From Cenococcum geophilum (lineage: Eukaryota): DNA of 64,000 bases. The DNA lies in assembly GCA_050273025.1 (NCBI GenBank), contig CP158635.1, positions 6,324,001 through 6,388,000 on the forward strand. The letters run 5' to 3'. The notes beneath the pieces were generated by a model. It was not told where the DNA came from and ran no database searches. It worked only from the letters and a program-made list of their open reading frames with translations. Below are positions 26,111 to 40,253 of this stretch, piece by piece (the stretch's first letter is position 1; each line of letters starts with the position of its first letter). Both the position numbers and the translations under genes were made by a program.

Positions 26111-27713
26111 GAGCAAGAACTAACAGTTAGCTGTTTCCGCTTCTTTCCCCTCGCTTCATCCCCCGCTTCAACCCCCGCTTTAACCCCCGCTTCACCCCCC
26201 GCCCTTCCCCCATCGCCCCCACCCTCCCGAACGCACGCTCCCCAAGCAAAAACCCCGTCTCCCGCGCCCTGCGCTCTGCACACGTGCGCTTTTGCTCCAT
26301 TCCCATGCGCCTCTGCAGCGAGTTCCTAGCGTGCCGAACGGGTTGCCGCGAAAGTCGGCATCTTCCCACATCGGACACTTGTCGTCAACAGCCGTGAAAT
26401 CAAGTTCGATCTGACTTTTGATTTTCTTTTCGGGCTCGCGGTACGGCCAGCACACAGGGGACCGGGGGCGACAACCCAGGCGTCCGACTACCACAGCCGC
26501 ACCAAAACTCACAGTTTTGCGCAATCGGGTGAGGAGGAAAAGAGCCTCCACGCGTACAAAGAAAAAGCTGAGCCTCCGCGCCCCAACGGTTCGTCCTACC
26601 CGAGCCCGGCGACCAGCTTATTTTACTGTGCAGTGCCTCCCTGAACCTAGCCACTAAGTTTGCCTGCTCAGCCTCCTCGCTGAATTAACCCACCACAGCA
26701 CGGTTTGTTTCAAGGCGGCTATGGATAAACCGGGAGCCGGCAGTTTCGTTGCTACTGTTTCGCGCTAAGTCGCTTTTGCACCATGATCAGAGCCGCTAAC
26801 TGCTTTCTTTCAAACGCCGCGGCGCCGGCGGCGTCCGTGCGACGTCGTTCTGCACCGGCGAGCCAGGCCCGGCCCCGTCATGCCGGCTCGGTAGGCTGCG
26901 ATGACCGCTCGCTAGTCAGCCCCATTTTCTGCTCGGCTTCGCTTTCTGTTCGGCTTCGCTTTGTGCTCGGCTTCGCTTTTGTTGTGGGGCGCGGTGGGCC
27001 TTCGGTAATTGGGTGTCAGGGGCAAATGAGGCTGCGTGCAGCAGAGTGGAACGTGGAATGAAACTTAATGGGAGACACGTCAACTGGGTTAGGCCTGGGT
27101 TCCTTGAGAGCGGCGCTTGCTGAGGTGAGAGGGTTCTAGATGACTGACGAGCAATAAGCAACGGTAGAATTGGGAAGTTGTAAGTGGGTCATCGGGAATG
27201 GAGGGGCATTGGCGTTTCGGACTTTCAAAGAAAAATTCCACTGTTAGGCGCTGGGATAACTTCAGGATACGTTGGAATTGATGAATATTTCGGCTGCGCA
27301 GGAAGGATGCAACGGGGAGAAATTGTGAAGGTGCGATGGGTAAGACTTTCGGAAAGTTTAAATTCAGGATTTTCTATGCAGATATGACCCGTGTTAAGGT
27401 GATGTCGTATCTTGTGACATGCCCAGAAATTCAAAGTATGGTCAAAGTGAAGTGTTAACTATATACAAAGCTAGGATGGTATTTTAACAAGCAGTAAACT
27501 ACTCGTGACAAAGTAAAACATCCACTTCCAGAGCAATTCAGGGCCGCCGTGAGATCCCAGAGCAAATAAGATATATCGAATAATGAATGCATGGATAACT
27601 CTTCAGTGTACATGGCGAAACCTTTTAGCTCAGCAAGCGGCACCATTTTTTACGCGCACAGGTAGTCAGATCAGATCAGATCAAACCAATGTCATATTTG
27701 AAACATTACGCTT

Positions 27714-29645
27714 TCATAACCCCAAGCCAATTCTCTGCCAACACCCCCAAACATCCTGACATAACGTCAAGAAGTCATCATCTTCAATGTGCTGCATCAT
27801 CCAGTCATTTATCACCGTTCTTCTCTCGTCAGCTGGCAGAGTCGTATAGGCTGCGAGATTCTCAGCATCGCCTGGAGTTGCTTCGGCTGAGATACGTGTG
27901 ATGATTCGGTCGAGGTATGCCATCTCGGATAGATCGGCCGTCGCATTAGAAGTGCTAGGTCTTACTATGGAAGAATATTGCAGATCAGAATGCGCAGAGA
28001 GACGTTCCTTGGTCGAGCCTCTTGAATTGTCCGAAGCAGGCGGATGGGTTTGTTGGCCATTCAGATCACCCCGCTGCTGGCCATCATAACCATTGCAGCT
28101 TTGATAATGCGTCATGGTTGGTCGTGTCGTCGTTCTTGCAAAATCCTTAACAAAATTTGGCTTAGGTAAGGGAGGAAGGTCAGCGGTCGAACTTGATGGC
28201 CTACTTGAGTTCTCAATTGGGCATATTCCAGTAGCCTTTTGCAGAGTGGAGGTTCTTTGAAACGGTAACTCGCGTCTTGGAGGAACGAGCCAGGTAAGAG
28301 TATCTTCTACCTGAGAGACAGGAGCTGTCCACGGTCTCTGGCTAGATGCAGCTTCATTTTCAGTGATAGTCTGCAGATGAGAGCAGTGAGGTCTTGTCGT
28401 CGAGGTTATAGGGTCAATAGCTCTTTCAACGAAGCCCGATTCTAAAGACGGCGATGCCAACAGCAAGCCTGCAGTGCTCACTACGTTCTCATAGTGCTGA
28501 TCATGACCCTGAATGAAGCGCATAGAGCCAGCCTTCTCTCTAGCGTCTGAAGACGCAGAGGGTTGAATGCTATGGTGAGCTTCCGTTGTTGTGTGAGAAG
28601 GAAGAGTGGAGGACCGGTGGACATGTAAGGGAGGTGGGCCACGAGAAGCATTTTGGTGAACTATTGAAGAATAGACGGGCTGTTCAGAGTCGAGTGGGCG
28701 TGGATTTTGTACCAGATGCTGGGCCGAAGTCACATTGGGATAGGGCTCGGATTGATTCGTACAACGTTCATACGCAGTCGATTGTGAAATCTGCGATGGA
28801 AGTAGTGTTTGCATTGTTTGAGGTCGCACAACCTCTACCGAAGACATTGCATCCAAGCCTTGAGAGAAAGATGGCTGAATAGAAGTTGTTTGGTTGTTTA
28901 ATCCGACAACATGCGTAGGAGGAAGTGCCGAGTGGCTGCTAAGTGAGGCTAAAGATGACGGTGGACAGGATGGCCCCGCATTTTCACTTTTAGTAGACGC
29001 TGTGCAGTTAGACGCTGGAATACTGTGAGTGATTCGACAACCCATGCTGATAAGTAGATCGTAGACAGTGGTGAAGTCACTTTCAGAAGTAAATTTTAGT
29101 TGGAGTCTGCGGATCTGGCCAAAGTAAGAGAAGTAGTCAAAACAAAGAGAATACATCACTTATACTTTACTGTCAGGTAAATTATACCTGATGGCCAACA
29201 AGGGGCATCGGACAAGAGCTGATACAGGAAGTTGCTCGTTACGAATTTCGATACCGTATTTCCGCATTGATTCGACAACATTAAGTGCACTCTTGACTTT
29301 TTCTTCAATATCAACAGATTCCTAAGAGTGAAAGAGATGAGGTTAGGGAAGTGAAGGAAAGGAAAATAATCATTAGGGTAGGAGATGAATTCATAAGGAC
29401 GTTTTGGCAACGGTATGCAATGATCATACCAATGTTTGACTCCCCTGCACGATCTTCATCATTTTAGAGCGCAAACCTGGACCGTTGCGGAAAGAATCAA
29501 AGACAACAAAGAGATTTTGTACTGTATGCTTCCATGAAAACTTGTCAGTCTCAGTAGATGCATCAAGGGCATAAGAAAACTTCAATAATGGAAGACTGAT
29601 AAGACTTGTTGACATGTCCTCTGGGACTATGGGAGGTCTTCGCAT
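27714..29645 (-). CDS. REC114: Rec114/Rec7-like meiotic double-strand-break protein
   Basis: Exons 29645-29430, 29321-29166, 29114-27714. N-terminal LLKFSY..W.H and IRRLQLKFTSESDF motifs, long S/P/T-rich linker, C-terminal LAAY...ERR..I.......DDDFLTLCQDVWGCWQRIG helix resembling the Rec114 C-terminal motif. Recognised from memory of the family, not searched. Confidence 0.7.
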
Positions 29646-30039
29646 GGCCAATATCCTAGTAGAGCGGCTAATTAGTATCGTGAGCAAAGTGTTGTAATAG
29701 ATAAACTAATTCTACACAGTCAGAGCTGTTGGAACAGTCTACTCTGAGGTGGAGTGGTATTATGCAGCGAGAGATGGTTGGAGGTGAAGAGGAGAAGTTC
29801 GTGCAAGACATAACGGTGCCAAGACCCTCGGAGGCTGGCTTAATCCGGGTGTGAAATGAAGCTGGGCGCGTCGAGGATGCGACGAATACAGGCCTCAAAA
29901 CTGTAGACGCTGGTCCATCACATCTTGAATCCCTCTGTTACGCTTCAAATCCCGAATGCGGCTTGTGCAGGTCCTTTGCTTCTCCGTGCCTGTGCTTGTG
30001 TCTCCTTTCTTCCTGTTGTGATCGCGCATTGCGTCTGCA

Positions 30040-33000
30040 ATGGCTCCTGCTCGTCAACGCGAACCCTCAATCGAACGCACCGCAGAATACGATGAATTTA
30101 TAGAGAAACTGGAAAAGTACCACGAAAAGCGAGGGTGGGTAATGTATCTGAGCATGGCGGGGAATTAGGCGTTGACTTGGCTGGCAGAACTCATTTCGAA
30201 CGCGAACCCAAAGTCGGCACTAGGCATATTGACCTCCTGCGATTATACAAGCGGGTATGCGAGGAAGGTGGATATGATAAAGTCTCGGATACAAAGGGCA
30301 ATAAGTTAGCTTGGAGGAGAATTGCTGCCGAATTTCTTCCAGGCAGCTCAAACGTGACAACTCAGGCATTTATTGTGAAAAGCGCATTCTACAAGAACCT
30401 CGCGTATGACCATTCATTCAACCACTACACAGTAATCACAAGCTGACACTAGCATAATATGCCTAGCGCCTACGAGATATCAGACGTCCACAAGCGCGAA
30501 CCTCCTCCCAAGGAAATATTAGAAGATGTGTCGGCAAAGGGTGGCGATCTTTTAAATCGAACTGTTGAGAATTATTTTCGGCCAGTGAGTCGCGAAGCTG
30601 AAAGTCTAGCAAACGGCCAGGACAAAGATAGCGACGACTCGGACCAAGATACACATAAGACCCCAAAGGAAGACAAGATGGACATTGATGAGCCTGGGAG
30701 TACAGGTGGCAGAATCACTCGAGGTGAGACGTCACTCTACTTGCAATTCATGCGCAATGCTTCAACGATGAAAGATTCGTTGTATCGCAACTTCCTCTCC
30801 CAAGCCACATCTTCACACTGTTTCGAGCGAACCTTCACTAACTTACTTTTTCCAGCCCTTCGCCACGCACCACCACAGCGAGTCCTCTTTCAACCAGACC
30901 TCTCCTATACTAGGCAAACACGTCAGTCTTCTGGCAATATGAACTCTCCAACACCAGGCTCAGGCAGTGCACATGCACAAACCAATGGCACATATGGTTC
31001 CACTGGCGCTGCAATGACTATTGCAAACTACGAACCACGTCCGCCTCTACCTTCTGCTGTAAAACCGGTTGCTACTCCTGGGAATAATCCAGAGCACTTT
31101 AGGAACATTCGCAATAGGCTTGCAGCAGCCAGTAGGGCTTCGAGAGGGGTACAGCAGCACAAGGGCATGATGCTTCCAGGCAGTAAGTAGTGCCGTCATT
31201 TTTAGTTGAGGTAAATTATGCTCATCGCCAATGCGCAGCTGGCTTCATGGGCCCAAATATCTACATACGCGCTCTTCTTGCTCTTCAGTCCAATAATGTA
31301 GAAGAAGAAGCATACGCCCTTCACCATTTAGTCAAGATTTCTCATGAACGAGGCGACAAGTACCGTTTCGATGGTTTTCCTGGACTTGCTGAAGCCCTGA
31401 TCGTGAAGGTCGTCGAAGTAGCCTCCCTATTCTATGACGTCAAGTGGGAGATATCTTACCGAGATGACGAGATGAACCAAGAGAAGAATGTGCTAAACGG
31501 CCTGACCGGCACACCAGACTTACTACAGAGGATACGATCACTCGCGGTTATTGACATGCAAGATGATCTGCTACCTGAGGACGTCACAGCGGCATTAGGC
31601 AGAGTCCACGAAGCAGGTCTGATCCTTCGCAATATGGCCATGCTCGAAGAAAATGCGCAGTATGTTTCCAGGCTACCTCTCGTTCGGGACTTAATTGTTA
31701 TTGCCTTGAACCTTCCACGACATTCTACTATTATCGAGCTACAGCACTACTCACTCGAGATTGCTGAGCAGCTGACAAAGTACTGGACACTGGACTCACA
31801 GGATCCTCTATACCGGTCACTACTTGCGCAAGTAGACTCTACCGACCGTGGTCGGATCATAACCTCACTAAGAGCACTTGGTCGAATATCCATGAACCTG
31901 GAGGCAAATAATCGGCTAACTGATGTACCAATCGCAACTCTACAACACATTTGTGATTGGCTGTTGATCGAGGACGAAGAACTAAGAAATGCTTGTCTCG
32001 ACTTCCTCTACCAATATACTGCTGTAATTGATAACGTGGAAATTCTCATTCACAGTGTCAATCTAGAAGGCTTGGTAAATCAGCTCGTCCGGTTGCTTCT
32101 CTACAATGCAAACACCGAGGAGCTTCGAGGGAGGACGAAGCCTCCCACTAAGTCAGCTCTGACCCCAGAGACTGCACCAAAGCTATCATCCGCAATTATT
32201 GAGCAGCTTGTAGCCCTCGAAGAACCGGAGCGTAGTTCACAATGGTATGAAGAACCTCTTACGCTTATTTTCATGCTTTTCTAACTTGCCTTTTAGGCTG
32301 CGGACCTGTTTTGAAGAAGACCCAGCAGGCGAAATCACGCAGATTAACCTGTGGGGCGCCTACAACCAGGCGTTTAACGACGTAATGCAAGCGCAGCCTC
32401 ATCACAAAATGCTTATGCCAGCCAAGGACTTCATCACAAACGTATCTTCAACCTTCCCTGGAGCCACGGCCCAGGTCCTTCAGATTAGCACTACCCAGCA
32501 AAAATACACTATTCGCGGCATTCGACCGCGCTCCATTCCAGTTGACCCCATTGGTCGCCGCCCCTACATGCGATGCCAATGGCAGGCTCCAGCTCTCCTG
32601 AACGGCCATGCCGACACAAAACATTCCGCTGCCATCGCGGAATGCGGCGAATACGCTCCCACCGCTAAGCAGATGTGGGAACACGTGCTCTCCGCCCATC
32701 TCAAAGTGCCACGTGACGACACGGGCAAATGGCTCCTAGAAACCAAACCAGACATCAGCATGACAAATGGCGAAGCGACGTCGCCAACCCTCCGCTACAA
32801 CTGCCACTGGGGTGGCTGCACACATTTCGATCCCGTGACCGGCTCGGCTTCCGCGTACGAGGTCGGCCAGCACGTCAAGACGCATCTTCCGGATGCGTCC
32901 AGCAAGAGCGCCCAGCGCCAGAAGCACAACCGCACCCCGTCCAACTCGACGCTCCTGACAAGCTCGGCGCAGCTGAACTACGCGCAGATGCAGTCCATGG

Positions 33001-33338
33001 GCATGGGCCCCGGGTTGTCGAACCCGCAGCCATCGCTCAAGTGGATGAACACGGCGACGGATGAGCGGAGCGATGCTGCTGGCTTGCCGCTCGCGAGTGT
33101 GCTTGTGCTGAGGAACTTGGCCAGGCAAATGGCGAAGCTGGAGGGCCCTGGTGAGCCTGTGGATCGGAGGGTCAGCACTAGCAGCGATGGGAGTATTCAG
33201 AGTGAGGAAAGCGACGGCTGGGTTAAGAGAGTATTCGCGCCAGTCAAGGACCAGTTGTATTTTGTTATGGCACATAACATTACGCTGAGGGAGTATATGG
33301 TTAGTCTGAACAAGGCGATCGCAGCTGGTGGCGGATGA
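30040..33338 (+). CDS. RSC9: RSC chromatin remodelling subunit Rsc9 (ARID, ARM, RFX-like and C2H2-like regions)
   Basis: ARID (IDLLRLYKRVCEEGGYDKVS...WRRIA), GPNIYIRALLALQS, WLRTCFEED..GEITQINLW. Introns 30135-30187, 30404-30466, 30724-30855, 31183-31238, 32245-32296. Confidence 0.9.
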
Positions 33339-33789
33339 GGTTTTTCAAGGCAGGGGATTTAATGAGGGCGATGTATTGGCTAGTTTTCCGGGGTTCTAGG
33401 CTTCGGCAAATTTATTCGAGAGTTTCCGGGCTGTACGATATAGTTGGCTCGGCGTTTCGGAGCTGGCGTCCTAGAAGGGAATGGGACGGGACAGTTTCTC
33501 GTCCGGTTGTAGAGATACCTAAAGGTGTTTGGCTGGTATTTCGAGGCTGGGTTCGAGCGACAGTCTTTTTATTCCTTCATAAAAAGTTCCCAGTTTTACC
33601 GAAACGGTGATATATATATTAATTAAAGTCGGACTTGAAATACGATGAAAGCTGCCTTTTCACTAGTCTCGCCTCTACATTTCAATGTAGGTTCTATGGT
33701 TGTTTTCAATTCTCCTTCGTATACATTTATATAATCTATATAATCTATAACTATGTGGGGCGAGGTTTGTTCTCATCTCCCTTATCTAA

Positions 33790-36700
33790 TCTACTATAGG
33801 GTCTTATATTTAATCTAAGGCGTCCTATATTAAGGATAAACTTACTACTACTCTTACTAAAGTATAAAAGCTTCGCGATAATAGGGAGCGGAAAGTATTT
33901 AAGGCTTAAAAGACTGCTTACGCTCAGTTAGTCCGTCTTAAAAAGGGTTATAAAAAGGTACGCTTTAAGGAGTAGTATTTTACTAAGTAAGGTCTCTATA
34001 AGCTTAAGGCTAAGAAGGCGAAAAGGATTCTAATTATAAAGAGACGGAAACAGTTTATATACTAGTAGTAGACTCCTTAGGTAATCCGGCTCGTTTATTA
34101 CCTTTAACTAATCCCTTTATCTTTAGCTCCTTCTTAATATTACCTAACCTATTCTCCTTTAATACTTCTATACCTTTTCTATAGAGTTCTTTAGGTTCTA
34201 TAGTAGCTCCTAGGTAGTCTTATTATAGCCTATCTACTTTACTTTATGCTATATTTTATTATTAATATCCTTATAATTTACGACTTTTAAAATCTAATAT
34301 TTGTCTTCTTCTTATTCTCTATACGTCTATTTTATAGACTAATAGCTCTGCGTCTCTATACGCTAGCTTTAGTATTATAATATACTATATAGAGTAGATC
34401 TTTATTTTCGCTAGTAAGTTAAGTCTATATATAACTTCTAAAATCTTAGCTGCAATTTTAAATAGTCCTAGTTTAATATAGTCTAACTTCTTACTTATTA
34501 ACTTGTAAAATTTTTATATAATAGCTATACTTTATCCCCCCCCTTTAGATCTAGTTCCTTAGATCTCTTAGTATTATAGTACTTCTTAATTTTTTTAATA
34601 CTATTTTTGCTATAAAATAGAGGTCCTTATAAAGATTTATTAATATCTTCATTTTTTCTTTTACTATACTACTTATTTTCTTTACTTATTATAGTAATAA
34701 CAATATTCTAGGCCTATATCTATAATTCGCCTAAAATAGTAATATCTCTATACCTTTCCATAGTGTTATATTATATGCAAACTATATAACTAGTAATAAC
34801 AATACCTAATTATTCTATGTATAATTAATATAATACCTTAGATACTACTCTAGCGTCTAATTTAACCTTTCCGTTTATCTATCTATTTGTGGATAATATA
34901 TAATAGAAGTTACTACTCTAGCTTCTTATTCCGCTAAGAATACTTCCTAAAATACTACTATAAATCTTAGATCTCTATCTAATATAATTTTACTTAGTAC
35001 CCTATATCTTATAAACACTTCCTTAATATAGATTCTAGTAATATCTTCTATTAAGATTTCTTCTATACATGCTATAAAGTAGCCCTATTTAGTTAATTTA
35101 TCTACTATTATAAGAATTATATTATACTTCTATCTGGTAATAGGATCTTTTAACTTTAGTAACTTTATAATAAAGTCCTATAATATAACTTCCTATAGTC
35201 TTTCTAGTGTCTTAATAGGCTGTAACTTTCTATACGGCTTATACCTTATTAGTTTATTTCTCTAGTAATTTAGATGTCATAGTACGTGCCGACTGTCAAG
35301 GTACGATGTACGAGGTGACTGTATATGATTGACAAACGATGTCGTGTGAGGATCTATGTAGGAAGTGAGGCGGTATATATACACGTCGCTCAGGGGTCAG
35401 GTCTGTGCTCAATTAATGCTCCTTTAATATAACTTATACGTTTCTCCGTAATTACTTAGTCTTAAATAACTTTTTTATCTAGCTATATATAAAAGTCTTC
35501 CTACTTATTATTATATTGCTGCTTATACCACTTTTAATATAGCTCTATAAGTGTATATAATCTATCTATAAGGAAATATCTCGTTATTACTACATTTTTG
35601 CAACCTTTAGTGTGCCTTTCTTTAAATCTAGTTAGAACCCCTAAGTCCTCTTCTTATTCTAGTTCTTTAAGCTATTTTACTCTTAGCGTGCCTGCTCTTA
35701 GCCTATTAGTAATTTTTTGTGTAAATACTTTAACCCTTAGTCTACCTAGTATTCTTAACCCTTAGTAGCCTCTTTATTCTTACTATACTTTAATTTAATT
35801 ATTAAATACTTTCTAATCTTCTTTTGGTTTGTGTTTAGCTATAGAATCCTTTAGATCTATAAACTTTATAATTATAGTATTAACTATTTAACTCTAAGGC
35901 TAAATACTTTGTTTACCTATTATAGGATACTTCCCCTTTATTACAGAAGTCTCGCCTTCTTAATTTTCTACTTTAATTTATCTTTATAAATAACTAGCTT
36001 ATACTCTTATCCTTTCTTTAAAGTCTTAAGCCTTAGGCCTTTTACCTTTATTAAGTACTAAAGTAGTTTACTATCTTACTTCTCTTACGTCTTATAAAGC
36101 GATAGACATTATATCTAATAGAGTTTTAATCCCCATTACTAATTCGTCCTTTATAGTGGATTTAACTTCTATCTCTATTATAACTTCTTTAAGGTTTATA
36201 TGCTTCTAGTAAGCTGCCTTTATTACCTTATCGTCGCTAAATATTTCGCCTATATTAAATTTATTATCTTTAATGTCTAATTTACGTAATAGTTTATTGG
36301 TTCCTCTAAACTCTATTAACTTTAGCTCTTATGGCTAATAGCTTACGCTATACTTAGCGTCCTTATAAATTTAGTATACATTATTATAACAAAATGCAAA
36401 ACTTTTAATTAAACACTCTTTGGTTCCTTATAGTATACTATCGTCCCTCTATATATATATGTTGTCTACTAGCCTAGTTCCCCTTACCGTATAGTTATTC
36501 TAACTATCTTTATAGTCTCTAGCGAGATAACCCTATTTTCTATAATTTATATAAGCTCCTTCTTTAAACCATTTCTCTTATTATAGAGTCCGCCTAAACG
36601 TCTTCTACTACTAAGATCCCTAGTTTAACCTCTACTATTTAGTCCTATAATTGCTTAATCCTTAGCCTCTAGGTTTCTATAATTTCTTATTTTACTTTCT

Positions 36701-37900
36701 AGATTCTTTAGTACCGCTTAGGTCTATTAGCTCTAGTCTACTATTTTATAGTTTCTAATTTTAACTATATTGTTGCGTGCTCTACGCCTTATACAACTAT
36801 AGAACTCTATATTATCCTTTCTTAGGTTGTTCTTTTTAATAGATCCTATTATTAATCTTAATTACTTAATTTATAAGTTCCCTAAGTATATCCACATCTT
36901 CTATTAGGATAATTACATCCTAGACTCTTACCTTAAGTCTCTGTTTATACTGTGCCATAAGCGCCTTATTATTCCACTTAACCTACGTAGCTAGTGTTTA
37001 AAACTATATTATATACTTAATTACTAAGGTTCGTTATACTAGGTTTTAGAGCTCCCATTCTACCGTAGTTGTTACCTTTAGGTCTCCAAATATCTATATA
37101 AGTTATTCTATAAATCCTCCCTAACTTAAGAATATAAACTTTACTTCTAGGTTTATAGTCGTATTCCCATTCTTTTATATCTTAGTAAAGTAAAGTTTAA
37201 ACCACTTAAGCGCTCTTCCAATTAGGAATAATCCTGCGTAGACCACTTGGTCTATTAGCGTAGCGAGCGTTATACCCTCCTATATTACCTTAAAACGCAT
37301 TTATACTAAAAAACCCTTAAGCTTTAACTTCTTCCCTAAGAATCGCTTAACTAACGGTAACTTAACCTTTACTACTCCAATGCTGTTAATTCGTTCTTTA
37401 AGTATTCGATTATTGTCTATTAATTAATTAACTATTTCTTATAATTAACCTACTGTAATAAGATGTAAGTCGGTGTCTTATATGCTGGTATCTCTACTTA
37501 CTCCTAAAGTAGTTAATGCTATTAATAGCGTTATAACTAGTGCTTTTAGTAGTATATTATTTGACTTATTAATACCGTAACTAGGTAGTAAATATATAAC
37601 GAAGCCTTATAGGAAATACTATGATGGACTTATTAATGGGCTAGATATATAGGTAACTAATAAGTTAATAACAGTAATATAACTAGTGGAGTAGTTACCT
37701 AACAGATTAACTCTAATTATATTCTAAAATTTACTATAAAGAAGAGAATTATCTAAGTAGGGACTATAGTCCTTTAAATATACAATACTGCGCCTAAGAA
37801 ATGTACTAAGTATATTAGTACGCCCCACGTTCCTATATTCCTATATTCTTACGTTTTAAACTTATAATATAACTGGCTATATAACTTAGCTACCTTTTAT
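33790..37900 (-). mobile_element. Internally deleted Gypsy relic related to the 42166-50113 element
   Basis: 34160-35274 parallels 43340-44450 (chromodomain and integrase). 35412-37590 parallels 47195-49688 (gag). LTR start TATAACGAAGCC near 37595 parallels 49689. The PR-RT-RH region is missing. Confidence 0.8.
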
Positions 37901-40080
37901 CCTATAGCTTAATCGGCTCTAGCGCCTTCTATACTATCTTAACTAACCCATTTATATCTCTTTTTAGTAGTTATACTACTGCTGATATAAAGTCCATAAC
38001 AAAGGGTAATAGGTAGCAATTCTTTACAGTAATTTTATTTAGCGCTTAATAGTTAATATATAAATATAGGCCACTGTCCTTCTTTAGTATAAATAGGATT
38101 AGTGCTCCTGCTAGGCTTATAGAAGGCTAAATCTATCCTTTCTAAAGATTGTCCACTATATACTAACGTAATATTGCTAACTTATTTTCTAATAGGTTAT
38201 ATAGTAGTCTAAAAAAAGGTAACTTATCCCCTATATCTATCTCGTGTTTAACTAATATAGGATTAGGTAAGGTTTCTATATTTTCCTTACTAAAAACTTC
38301 TACTAAGTCTATATATTCCTGTAGAATCTCTAGTGCCTTAACTACGTATAGCTAAATATCTAAAAGTAAATACTCTGTGTCCCTATTCTTAGGATTAAAA
38401 GTGGTATATATAGTATGCGCCTATCCTTCTTTTTGTATATAGTTTACAAAAGTCTCCTAATTCTTAACTATAATACGCGGTTAAGACTTCCGGTATTAAT
38501 ATAAGGCTAAGGGCCAATTAATATCTAAATTAACTTATTAAAGCTATAGGTATCCCAAGGCAAGGTTATACCCCTTAATTTCTACGGTATAAAAGCATAT
38601 CTCCTACGTGTCCTATAGACTATCGCGGTCCTAGCTAGCCACTAAAAAAGTCTATTCCCTGTAGTATAGAATCCGGTAGCCTCTAATACTTTAAATAGTG
38701 CGCACCTATAAGCCGCTTAGGTCTAAATCCAATTCTTTTATTAGTAATTAAGAAATAAACCCTATAGTTACGCCGCTGTCTATAAGGCAGTCTTACGTTA
38801 CCTATTTATTTAACTTAAATAGAGACAGGAATAACTATATAGCAGATTACTCCCTCTTTCTTCTAATTACCTAGTATTAGAAAGTAAAGATCTACTAGGC
38901 TTCCTCTTTTTCTAGCTAAGCCAATTTTTACTTCTTTTTCTAGCAGAAGCGGCTTATATAGCCCTTCTTACTGCAGTTATAACAGACGCGTATCTCTTAG
39001 TTCTACTTATTTAGATTAGGTTTCTGTCTATTATTATACTAGAGTTAGCCAGCGTTACTCTAGGGCTGTAAAGCCTGCTTATATTATCCTTCTATAGAGT
39101 AGTTAGGTTGGAACCTACCCCTATTATTAAAGCTAGGTCTAGTCCTACACTCTTTATTATTGGCGTCTCGTTCCTTTCGCTTCCCTAAATAATCTCTTTT
39201 AGCATTCTTAATCTAAGCAGCTTTAGAGATAAGCTTTTCTTAAAAGGTAGAAATCTCGCCTTTCTCCTATATAGCCTATTAAATCTTAGGTTATAGCTTA
39301 GCGAGTAGCTGGTAAAGTTATATAGCGTTATCCTATGGATCTAAATAGGGTATATTATCTTCTAGCTCTTCTAAGTAGTTTATAAATTAGGTTACGTTCT
39401 GGCCTTCTTGCTACTTAGCATTATAGTATCACTAGTTATAATTCATCCCTTAATTAGTAGGGTCTTAGACCTAATTAACTAACTAAGACTTAAATTCGCT
39501 AAATTTAAGGAGTATAGTAAGTTTCTTCTTATAGCGTATCCATAAACCCCTAATAGTACTATGTAGGAAGGTAGAAGCAATTAGTGTTTAATTATACTTA
39601 TTAGAGTAATGTTTCGGTTCTAGCCAAAATATAGTTTCGCATTAATGGATAAAACGATTATAGTTTTAGAGACTATTACCCTTATACTTATTAAGGTCCT
39701 TTATACGAAACTTAGTCTTTTCTAATACTATAGTATAGTATAGCGTTGCCCCTTCTAGTCCGCTTTACGTCTAGGATGTCTATACTTCTCCTATTTGTCC
39801 TTACAATTATTCTTAGTAATCTTAATATACTTATCTTAATTATATCTCTAACTCCTTTATTTTTTATAAGGTCTTACATAGCAACCGCTTTAATAACTCC
39901 CCAGCGGTAATTATTCCTAAGGGTCTCGCAAGGTTAGACGGACTAGCTGTGGCTTCTTTATAGGAAGAGGGAATACGCTCCTCTAGGGAGACTCTATTAG
40001 TCTCTTAGGGTAAGGGCGCTATTTTAGGGGGTATAGGAGTATGGCCCATTATCTTTAATTAATAGCTATACGTCCCTTCC
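37900..40080 (-). mobile_element. Truncated Gypsy relic (gag, protease, RT N-terminus)
   Basis: Minus-strand de-RIPed GWIQPSISPAGAPILFIPKKD...IDYRALNKITVKNCYPLP at ~38000-38140 and protease LIDSG at ~38770-38785. Confidence 0.75.
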
Positions 40081-40253
40081 GTAACGGATTATAAGCAATT
40101 AGAATTATAAAAGGCCAGTTTAACCAGAACATATAATTATCTAATCAACAGTATTATAGGTAAGTAGAATATAAATTAAAGGTTAGTTAAAGATAAGTTA
40201 AAGATAGAATAGGTTTCACGTATTAAAGGACAATTGCTTTCTAACCTCTTCTA

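Noticed and set aside
31456..33275. Antisense and alternative-frame ORFs over RSC9
   Set aside because: Shadow ORFs of a GC-rich coding region.
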